A stretch of DNA of 64,000 nt from the sequence record MT135026.1. One strand, 5' to 3'. Below, piece after piece: positions 47,221-55,700 of this stretch. A program made the translations under genes and the position numbers. The first letter of the stretch is position 1, and every line of letters starts with the position of its first letter. The notes beneath the pieces are model-generated. The model had not been told where the DNA came from and searched no databases. It saw nothing but the letters and a program-made list of their open reading frames with translations.

Positions 47221-47467
47221 AGACATTGTACAGCAATATTACTAATCAAAGAAGCAAACTTTAATAGTAATGAGGCGCACTAGCTGCTTTCTCAGTGATG
47301 ACGTGAGCCTGTCGCATTCTCGTGGTAGGAAATGACCATTAAGACGGTGTTCGTACTGTAAAACGAAATAGGTCTCATGCCGAATCATGGGTATTTTCTC
47401 GATGAGAAACATCGAGATAGTCAATTGAGATTTAAGCAAAGACGATAAAACACTTCTCGAATGTCTG
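47221..47467 (+). ncRNA. CWGCAA-motif RNA (247 nt)
   Basis: AGACATT/AATGTCT stem; AGATAGTCAA and AAAGACGANAAAACACTTC blocks shared with 44979-45193. Confidence 0.75.
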
Positions 47468-47482
47468 TGTATTGCACATTAG

Positions 47483-47507
47483 AACCTGCCTTGAGCAGGT
47501 TTTTTTG
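47483..47507 (+). terminator. Terminator closing the tRNA cluster
   Basis: AACCTGC-CTTGA-GCAGGTT followed by a T-run. Confidence 0.85.
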
Positions 47508-47554
47508 TTTATAGCGCATGATAAATCATGTACAGTCATTATGAGGTGATAACT

Positions 47555-47932
47555 ATGTACAAATCAAACAAACGAACATCAATATCCAAAATGAAGCGCG
47601 TCGCTGAAATGCCAGACTCAGAGATAATCTTTACCTTGAGTCGTTATGAAAATATTGACGGCGTGACAATCAAAAGTTCAAATACACTTAACGCAGTAGT
47701 GGTACGCGGATTGTTTCTGTATCGCACTGTAAGCGATTATTCACAGACATCCGAACAAAGACGTTGTGAACGTATTGAATTCGACTCAGACACTGCTCTA
47801 GAGCGTTATATGAACCTTCACACACGAAAGCGAAAACGATTCACGCTTGATGATGTACTTTACGGGACTGAACGCTGTCGCTTCGAAAATGAATTTGATG
47901 TGCAGTTGAGCCGAAAACACATTTTCTCATGA
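47555..47932 (+). CDS. Hypothetical protein
   Basis: GAGGTG SD, ATG 47555. Confidence 0.7.
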   Translation: MYKSNKRTSISKMKRVAEMPDSEIIFTLSRYENIDGVTIKSSNTLNAVVVRGLFLYRTVSDYSQTSEQRRCERIEFDSDTALERYMNLHTRKRKRFTLDDVLYGTERCRFENEFDVQLSRKHIFS

Positions 47933-47969
47933 CTAAATACAAATGAACTCAATTAACTGGAGATAGGTC

Positions 47970-48176
47970 ATGAGTGAGAAAACCTTTGACAAATTCATGT
48001 CAGAAATCGAAGAGTCGCGCCCAGAAGACAAAAAGAAAAAGAAACGTTCTGTAAAAGATCGTATCAAGTCGGGCGCTAAAAAAGCCGGTAAGGCGGCAAA
48101 AACAGGTGCTAAAGTAGCTGCTGGTGTTGCTGCTGTTGGCGTAGCAAGACAAGTAACAAAGAAATCTAACGAATAA
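47970..48176 (+). CDS. Candidate internal head protein, Lys-rich
   Basis: MSEKTFDKFMSEIEE N-terminus, ACTAAATA upstream, very basic body. Confidence 0.65.
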   Translation: MSEKTFDKFMSEIEESRPEDKKKKKRSVKDRIKSGAKKAGKAAKTGAKVAAGVAAVGVARQVTKKSNE

Positions 48177-48406
48177 TGAAAAACATTCATCAAAAATCTC
48201 ATGCGCGTGAAGGGCGCGGTTTAGGTAATGGTTTTAACGATAACTGGCGAAATGCTTCGCTTTGGAAAAACATCGGTCCCGATGCTGAAAAAATCAAAAA
48301 GGAAGCTGAAGAACCCGAAGAAGAAATCAAAGAGGTGAAACAAGAAAATTTGGAAGATTTATCTGAACGCGAACGTATGCGCCGTTTGATGCGTCTAGCA
48401 CACTAA
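48176..48406 (+). CDS. Hypothetical protein
   Basis: TAATG-coupled to the previous gene. Confidence 0.7.
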   Translation: MKNIHQKSHAREGRGLGNGFNDNWRNASLWKNIGPDAEKIKKEAEEPEEEIKEVKQENLEDLSERERMRRLMRLAH

Positions 48407-48430
48407 CCTCAGATTGGCGTAACTCTCAGT

Positions 48431-48476
48431 GGGAGATATGTGGTCAAGGCAATGGGTTCGATTCCCGTGTCTCCCG
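48431..48476 (+). ncRNA. tRNA minihelix-like remnant (acceptor + T arm only)
   Basis: GGGAGAT/GTCTCCC, ATGGG-TTCGATT-CCCGT, 14-nt linker. Confidence 0.55.
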
Positions 48477-48504
48477 TATTCTATTAACTAAGAGGTGAAC
48501 AATC

Positions 48505-48717
48505 ATGGAAATACTTTCTGAAGATACACTAAAAAGCATGGAACTGTCTGAAGTTTGCAAAGTGCGCAAAGCACTTAATAAATTCATTGCCCGCTTACGC
48601 AAAGATTTTCGACAATTCCAGTGCAACCGAGTTGATGAGAAATACTACAAAGAGCATCTTATGTACTCCACGATTGTAGATCGAATGATCGAAAAGAAGT
48701 TACGCCACTCACATTAA
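48505..48717 (+). CDS. Hypothetical protein
   Basis: GAGGTG SD; followed by a terminator. Confidence 0.7.
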   Translation: MEILSEDTLKSMELSEVCKVRKALNKFIARLRKDFRQFQCNRVDEKYYKEHLMYSTIVDRMIEKKLRHSH

Positions 48718-48720
48718 ACA

Positions 48721-48750
48721 AAAAAGCCCCAAAAACGGGGCTTTTCTTTT
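48721..48750. terminator. Bidirectional terminator
   Basis: A-run, AAAAGCCCC/GGGGCTTTT, T-rich tail, between convergent genes. Confidence 0.8.
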
Positions 48751-49120
48751 ATAGCTTATGTTGAATCATTAGCTCATGCAATCCCTCAACGGCAAAGTCG
48801 TTGAGTCTATCGAGTTCAATGTCTAGTTTATCCATTGCCTGAACTAGCTCTTGACTAATTCCTTTCTTGTATCGCAGCTTGTTAATTATCTTCTTGGCAT
48901 CGAGCACATTCATTTTGATGTGTTCGTAGTTGAACCGTACGGCTTCGTATCGGTATTTGTTTTGCTTTGCTTTCTGTTCGATGTGCAGAAGCTTGGTATG
49001 CATCTTAGCTAGTTTCTTTATGCTGCGTGCATCTTCACCTGCCTTATATCTAGCCCATTGCCTTTCAAACCACCCTTCATTTAGATATTCATCAAAAGAA
49101 ATAATTTTTTCGTCGTTCAT
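48749..49120 (-). CDS. Candidate internal head protein
   Basis: MNDEKIISFDEYLNE N-terminus; GATAAATA upstream on the minus strand. Confidence 0.6.
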   Translation of the reverse strand: MNDEKIISFDEYLNEGWFERQWARYKAGEDARSIKKLAKMHTKLLHIEQKAKQNKYRYEAVRFNYEHIKMNVLDAKKIINKLRYKKGISQELVQAMDKLDIELDRLNDFAVEGLHELMIQHKL

Positions 49121-49182
49121 GTTGACTTCCGTTTGTTGAACCTGTATGATGTATTTATCAACACTAACGAAAGAGAAATATT

Positions 49183-49539
49183 ATGTACGTTATGATTGAT
49201 GATCTGCGTGATATTAATAAGTTCACGTCAGATTACGTACGTGATGATGAAAAACTCGTACTTCGAACATTCGAAGACGGTATGAATTTCGTCAAGCACA
49301 CAAATCTAACTGACATCACGCTATTCATGGATAACGATCTAGGTGATGATGTTGGTAGAGAGGGATACGATATTCTCTCTCATGCGATTGATCATCGTAA
49401 TTTTCCGCGCACTGTTGTTCTAGTGACAAGCAATCCTGTTGGTCATAGTAAAATGGCTCTGTTGCTTTCTCACTCTGGTCAGTATAAGCGCGTTGGTTCA
49501 ATTTTTATGAGGTACGATACATGTCGCACGTCAATGTAA
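49183..49539 (+). CDS. Cyclic-phosphate processing receiver-domain-like protein
   Basis: MIDDLR, RTFEDG, FMDNDLG, EGYDIL, VTSNPVG match the stand-alone phage REC pattern (LDDxR...DHDLG...GYD...HSANPVG). Confidence 0.7.
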   Translation: MYVMIDDLRDINKFTSDYVRDDEKLVLRTFEDGMNFVKHTNLTDITLFMDNDLGDDVGREGYDILSHAIDHRNFPRTVVLVTSNPVGHSKMALLLSHSGQYKRVGSIFMRYDTCRTSM

Positions 49540-49895
49540 TATCGTCTGCTGCTAATGCAATTCGAGTAACGCTACCGAACGGCGAACAGCGAGACATTGT
49601 TGTTGCTGATAGCTGCCATTTCGGTCGAAACATGCAATCAGTCTTTAAGTTATTGAAAGAACTAGGTTGTACATATGAACATCGAAACGAACTCGGTGAT
49701 CGCGGTCAAGGTTTTATCAACTATTGTGGTGAATACTTCAATCGAGCCGATTCCTATGAGATTGCGAAAGAAAGCGGTCAGCCGTTTAATGACGATTACA
49801 CGCTACCAGACATAGATGGTGATGGTCGTAAACGACTTGACAGTTCTTGTATTCGTCACTTTTCTAAGCCGATTAAGGAATATATTGATGGGTAA
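49521..49895 (+). CDS. Conserved phage hypothetical protein
   Basis: SAANAIR...HF...QGFINYCGEYFNRADSYEIAKESGQ pattern. Confidence 0.75.
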   Translation: MSHVNVISSAANAIRVTLPNGEQRDIVVADSCHFGRNMQSVFKLLKELGCTYEHRNELGDRGQGFINYCGEYFNRADSYEIAKESGQPFNDDYTLPDIDGDGRKRLDSSCIRHFSKPIKEYIDG

Positions 49896-50223
49896 TTTAT
49901 ACGATACATTAATTCAAAAAGTCAAACAGAATCGCTCAACTCGTGAAGAACTCTTCGTAGTTGAAATGCGCAAAGCAATCGAACGTAAAATCGGTGGCGT
50001 TGCTGGGTTTCAGTTTCCAATCACGATTCAGGTGAATGTTGACCGCAATGAATGTTGTGATGAAATGATGTCTCTCATCAAAGGCGTCATGCGACGCGAG
50101 GGTTTTCATAACTTCGACGCACAGTTCGGACATTACTCTGGCGATCCGCGTGATATGAGAGATTACTCATATTCTTTTGTCAAATTGACAATTCGAGAAA
50201 ACAAACAAGCGGGGTTTCAATGA
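49888..50223 (+). CDS. Hypothetical protein
   Basis: AAGGA SD, ATG 49888; overlaps both neighbours. Confidence 0.7.
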   Translation: MGNLYDTLIQKVKQNRSTREELFVVEMRKAIERKIGGVAGFQFPITIQVNVDRNECCDEMMSLIKGVMRREGFHNFDAQFGHYSGDPRDMRDYSYSFVKLTIRENKQAGFQ

Positions 50224-50534
50224 TTAATCATAATGAACTCAAACAACAAATTCACGCTCGTGAAGCAGAAGAAAAACGAATTCTTACCGAGCATTACACG
50301 AGCGAATGTGAGAAAGAATTCATGCACGCAGTTGAGTCGGGGTCTAGTTTCCCTATCATCGTGAAAGTGCCTATTCACGCTGCTGATAAAGACAAGCGTG
50401 GTGCGACTATTATTCGTACATTCTTCGAAGAGCATGGTTATCGTTCTCTTCGCACGTCTTACGAAACGGGCGGTCGTGTTCTCGTTGAGATTTACGAAAA
50501 CGGTACGAATCTCACACGAATGAATTTTCGATAA
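50220..50534 (+). CDS. Hypothetical protein
   Basis: ATGA overlap with the previous gene. Confidence 0.7.
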   Translation: MINHNELKQQIHAREAEEKRILTEHYTSECEKEFMHAVESGSSFPIIVKVPIHAADKDKRGATIIRTFFEEHGYRSLRTSYETGGRVLVEIYENGTNLTRMNFR

Positions 50535-50547
50535 AATTGAAAAAAGT

Positions 50548-50576
50548 GTTTACACGGGTTCAAATCCGTGTATAAT
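50548..50576 (+). promoter_or_regulatory. Early-type promoter for the TROVE-like gene
   Basis: GTTTAC-17-TATAAT with an A-tract upstream. Confidence 0.8.
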
Positions 50577-50589
50577 CATCACATCAAAA

Positions 50590-50632
50590 CGACATTTTAC
50601 AGCAATTTAATATGAGGAATAAACAATGTCAG
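50590..50632 (+). promoter_or_regulatory. CWGCAA-motif hairpin sequestering the start codon of the TROVE-like gene
   Basis: GACATT-TTA-CAGCAA ... GAGGA ... AATGTC-AG; ATG 50626 lies in the 3' strand. Confidence 0.75.
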
Positions 50633-52062
50633 CATTTATGAACGCTATGCAATCAAACGATTCACGTACAGCAAACGGTGCAGTTACTCACAGCACTTCA
50701 GGTAACGAGTGTCTAAACTTGTTCTTCGGTATTGCTGCTATGCGTGGTAACGATCAGTCTAAAACACTGTTCGGTCGTGCGTTTGCAGAAAACCCCGAAC
50801 TAGCGACACGCATTCTTTTATGGTCTCGTGATGTTCGCGGTGGTGCGGGTGAACGTGGTACTTTCCGTACTCTATTCACTAAACTTTGTAATGAGCAGCC
50901 TGACGTAGCTCGTGCTGTAATGTCGAAAATTCCAGAACTAGGTCGTTTCGACGACTTGATTTCTGCGTTCGGTACAAGTCTTGAGAAAGACGCGATCACA
51001 TTGTGGTCAAACGCGATTGTAAACGACAAGAACGCTCTTGCTGCTAAGTGGTTCCCACGTGAAAACAGCAAAAACGGTCATGTGTTCAAGCGCACAATCA
51101 AGTCTCTTGGTGTAACTGCGAAGCAGTGGCGTAAGATTCTAGCACTTTTGTCTGACACTGTTGAACAGAAGATGTGTGCGCAAGAATGGGATGCAATCGA
51201 CTTTGGTAAGTTGCCATCTGTAGCGTCTGCTCGTTATCAACAAGCATTCGGTCGTAACGCTTCTGCTCGTTACACAAGCTACATCGAGTCACTTCAAAAA
51301 GGTGAAGCGAAGATCAACGCTGGTGCATTGTTCCCATATGATGTCGTTAAGAGCGTTAGTCATGGTAATGCGTCTGTAGCGAACGAGCAATGGAAAGCCC
51401 TGCCGAACTACATGGAAGGCTCTGATGAGCGCATCATCCCAGTTGTTGACGTGTCTGGCTCTATGAGCACGCCGATCAACGCAGGTACAGATCGTTCAGG
51501 TGTGACTTGTAAGCAAGTTGCAATGTCTCTTGGCATCTATGTTGCTGAACGCAATGAAGGCATCTTCAAAGATCAGTTCATTTCGTTCTCAAGCGATCCG
51601 CACTTCCACCAGTTACGCGGTAGCTCACTAAAAGAGCGTCTTGACAACATGAATCGCTCAGGTGAAGACATGAGCACAAACATCGGTAAATGCTTTAACG
51701 TTCTGTTAGAGCGTGCGAAACGTGCAAATCTTTCACAAGAAGAAATGCCAACCAAGTTGCTTATCATGAGCGACATGGAATTCGACCAAGCAAACACTGG
51801 TGGCGGCTGGTATGGTCGCGGCGAACGTGCAAACTTCGACGCAATCAAAGCTATGTACGCACGTGCTGGCTATGAAATGCCACAACTAGTCTTCTGGAAC
51901 ATTCGTGGTCGTCTTGGCAACGTTCCGGTTAAAGCTGGCGAAGCGGGTACTGCACTGGTATCGGGTTGTAGCCCATCTATCCTGACTTCATTGTTGGGTG
52001 GTGAGCTTGAGCCAGTCAAGATCATGCTGAAAACTGTAGGCGTTGATCGCTACAGCTTTTAA
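50626..52062 (+). CDS. DUF2828-type TROVE/Ro60-like helical domain + vWA protein
   Basis: RDVRGGAGER, ALAAKWFPRE, KINAGALFPYDVV, MIDAS DVSGS, STN, SDMEFD, VFWNIR; architecture parallels Ro60/Rsr. Confidence 0.8.
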   Translation: MSAFMNAMQSNDSRTANGAVTHSTSGNECLNLFFGIAAMRGNDQSKTLFGRAFAENPELATRILLWSRDVRGGAGERGTFRTLFTKLCNEQPDVARAVMSKIPELGRFDDLISAFGTSLEKDAITLWSNAIVNDKNALAAKWFPRENSKNGHVFKRTIKSLGVTAKQWRKILALLSDTVEQKMCAQEWDAIDFGKLPSVASARYQQAFGRNASARYTSYIESLQKGEAKINAGALFPYDVVKSVSHGNASVANEQWKALPNYMEGSDERIIPVVDVSGSMSTPINAGTDRSGVTCKQVAMSLGIYVAERNEGIFKDQFISFSSDPHFHQLRGSSLKERLDNMNRSGEDMSTNIGKCFNVLLERAKRANLSQEEMPTKLLIMSDMEFDQANTGGGWYGRGERANFDAIKAMYARAGYEMPQLVFWNIRGRLGNVPVKAGEAGTALVSGCSPSILTSLLGGELEPVKIMLKTVGVDRYSF

Positions 52063-52071
52063 ATAAGTGAT

Positions 52072-52098
52072 AAGGGCGGCATTGTGCTGCCCTTTTTT
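52072..52098 (+). terminator. Terminator after the TROVE-like gene
   Basis: AAGGGCGGC-ATTGT-GCTGCCCTT followed by a T-run. Confidence 0.8.
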
Positions 52099-52112
52099 GT
52101 ACAGAGGTGAAA

Positions 52113-52637
52113 ATGTTCGATTGGGAAGCAATTGAAACAGCTATCAATAACAGTCATCCGAACAGTACGATTTATGTTGGGTGTGATAGCAAGCGTAAGA
52201 GTGATATGATTAGTTACGCTACTGTAATCATCATTCACCTTGAGGGTAGTAAAGGCGCTCAAGTATTCAAATCTATCGAAACTGAACCAGCGTACATGTC
52301 TTGTAAAGATGGTATTCGTAGTCGTTTGATGAATGAAGTCTATAAAGCAGGTGAAACCGCCCTGCGTGTTAAGCCAATGTGTGGTACTCGTGGGTTTGAA
52401 GTTCACGTTGACATCAACCCAGACCCATCCCATCGTTCACACGTTGCGTATAACGAAGCTAAGGGCACTATCTTGGGATACGTGGGTCAAGAACCCGTTT
52501 TCAAGCCTGATGCGTTTGCTGCGTCGTGTGCTGCGGATTATGATGCAGTTAGACGTGCAGACAAAATCGCAAAACGCAAAGAGTTGCGTAGAGCAAAAAG
52601 AAAAGCAAATAAGGCAAATCGTAAAGGGCGCAAATAG
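52113..52637 (+). CDS. RNase H-like protein (YkuK/DUF458 type)
   Basis: IYVGCDS, YATVIIIH, RLMNEV, EVHVDIN, KPDAFAASCAAD; ATG 52113 behind GAGGTG. Confidence 0.8.
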   Translation: MFDWEAIETAINNSHPNSTIYVGCDSKRKSDMISYATVIIIHLEGSKGAQVFKSIETEPAYMSCKDGIRSRLMNEVYKAGETALRVKPMCGTRGFEVHVDINPDPSHRSHVAYNEAKGTILGYVGQEPVFKPDAFAASCAADYDAVRRADKIAKRKELRRAKRKANKANRKGRK

Positions 52638-52701
52638 CGCCCTTTTTTACGGCATAATAAATACTGTCATATGAAAAATTTCAATAAATGGAATGAAACT
52701 A

Positions 52702-55700
52702 ATGGCAGAATTACGTTCAACAACCGCGATTGGCGGTAACATAGTTTGGCATGGCGGTAATTTGCGTTTCGATCCGCAAGGAGAAACAGTACTTTACAAT
52801 GGCTACAAACTTTATACAGAAAATGACAAGCCAGACCCTCATACAGATTTAACCGAGTCTGTTGTTAAACGTGCTGGTGATGTCATGAGTGGCGATTTGC
52901 AAATCGCTAAATCGACTGCGCAATTGCATTTGAGCAGTACTGCAAACACCGATGCAAGTCTATATCTAACGGAAGACAACGGAAATCACGGTGTGCGTTA
53001 TCACTATGATGGTGATGTCAATCAATGGCAGATTATCAGACGTGAATCGAATTCTGAATCGGTTGTCATGTACGGTTCTAGATCAAACAACAACGTTGTT
53101 ATCAACGGTATTGGGTATCTAAACACAACGCAGCGAATTTTTGCAGACAACTATCACCCAAATGCCGATAAATGGACGACTGCAAGAACGCTTACTCTAT
53201 CAGGCGAAGTAACTGGTTCAGTTTCAATTGACGGTAGTTCAAACGTCACTATCAATACAGTTGTTCCAAATCATACAACATACGCTGAAGTTGGTCTGAG
53301 CGCAAGTAACCCTGAATATATCGCGACGGGGCGTACTCTATCGGGTGTTGATACCACAGTTGACTGGGATACTCTTTATCGAGGTGGATTTTACAACAAG
53401 CTGTCACAGGGTCTAAATCGACCTGCTGGGTTTACTGGTTACTGGTATGCTCAGACAATGACATATGGTTCGACTACTAACGCGACTCAAGTTGCTTACC
53501 CATATGGTATAAGCGGCAACTCAGGTACAATTGCACTTCGTACGAGATACGCAGACGTGTGGGAAGACTGGGTTTATATGTACCACACCGACTACCACCC
53601 AGAAGCTGATAAGTGGACAACTGCAAGAACGTTGACGTTATCTGGTGATGTTAGTGGATCAGTTTCGTTTGATGGTAGCTCGAATATTTCACTCGCAGTT
53701 ACAGTTGCTGACGACTCTCATACTCACGATGGTCGTTACTACACCGAAGCAGAATCTGATGCTCGTTTCGTAAACGCGACTGGCGATACGATGACTGGTT
53801 ACTTGAATGTACCTACTACACAAGCTCAGTCAAGTAACGTGGTTTACGGTTTTGGTGGAACATCTGGCGGCAAAATCGGCTCGATGCAGCTATCTTCCGG
53901 TGACATTGATGATTACCAACGAAGCGGTTTCATTGATGTAAATAGCTCAATCACGGGTAAGCCTGCTGAAGAAACTGGTTGGATGTGGGGTGTTCATACT
54001 GAGCACAACAACGGTAACGGTTATGCAATGACTCTTGCTATGGGTCAGAATAGTAATCGCCTATGGTGGAAGCGTCGAGAGTCTGGTGTTAGTTCAGCGT
54101 GGATGAAGATCTTCGATGATGAATATCACCCATTGGCTGATAAGTGGACAACTGCAAGAACATTGACTCTGAACGGCGATGTAAGTGGTTCTGCTTCAAT
54201 CGACGGTAGCTCAAACGTTACCTTGTCTGTTGTGGTTGCTAATGACTCACATACGCACGATGGTCGATACTACACCGAGACTGAAGCAGACGCGAGATTC
54301 GCACCTATTGCGGGCGGCGGCTACGTACAGAAAACTGGTGATACGATGAGTTCATCATTGATCATCACTGACTCTGCTGGCAATACGGCTCCTGCATCTG
54401 AAACGGTTAAAGTTGATAAATTTGGATTGATTGGTAACCGCACTGCGGTGTATTTGCACAACTCAAACACGGCAGGCGAGGTTGTTCTTGGCGTCGGTGG
54501 TATACTAGCTGACAATAAACAATTTTCAGTTAAGAGTACTTCAATTACATCGACTGTGAATATCACAGCACCGACATTCATCGGGGCATTGAGTGGTAAC
54601 GCTACGACTGCAACATCTGCGACTTCAGCTACACAAGCGACGAAGTGGACAACTGCTCGTACGTTGACAATCGGGAAAACTGGCAAGTCTGTAAACGGTA
54701 CAGCTAACGTATCATGGTCTCCTCAAGAGGTTACAGGCACTAACGGTGCAGGTCAAATTTCATTTGGGACAAATAATCGAGTAACGACTGCTGAATTTAT
54801 TTCATTGCTGTCTGCACAAGGCGCGTTCTCAACTTGGTATTGGACATGTCGTGGTAGTTGGTCATATGCTGCTCAGGTGACGGTAGACACTGGTTTTGGT
54901 GTGTTTGGGACTGCGGGTTCTGTGATTGAAGTTCATGGTACTTCAACTACAAACTGCACAATCAAAGTTATTACACCGACAACTGCTTCTGGTGCGACAA
55001 CTAGACAAGAATTCATCTACATTGATAATGGGTCTAGCTATTCACCGGGATGGCGTGCGAACTACAACTCATCTTATCACCCGTTGGCAGATAAGTGGAC
55101 TACGGCTCGTACTCTGACTCTGAACGGCGATGTAAGTGGTTCTGCTTCAATCGACGGTAGCGCAAACGTTACATTATCTGTTGCGGTTGCGAATGATTCA
55201 CACAATCATACTCATTCTGATGGAAGCTTCACAGTCAATGGGACATTGATCTCAACTGGTGTTTCTTCTTATGATAAGATTCGAGTGTGGTCTAGTGGTT
55301 CATATACAATCGGCATGGCAAGCGGACAATCCTTTGGTTGGTTGAATGACTACGCAATGACGTTCACAATGAACAACGATACGGATCGTGGATTCTTGTG
55401 GCGTGATGAGGGTGACGCAGCGACTGATGGGGCAATGTCATTAACGACAAACGGTAACCTGATGGTTAAGAACGTCATTGCATTGGGTGGCGATACTACA
55501 CGATACATGCAGAACTCATCGAACGAAGGTAGCTGGCTTTTCCGTTCTGATAACGGTAAGACATGGCATTTCGGAGCTCGTAATACATCATGGATTCATA
55601 ACTCAACTGATGCGACAAGTGGTTTCTACTACTATCAAAGCATTCAATCTGCTGGTAATATTACAGCATACTCGGATGCGCGAGTCAAGACTAACGTTGA

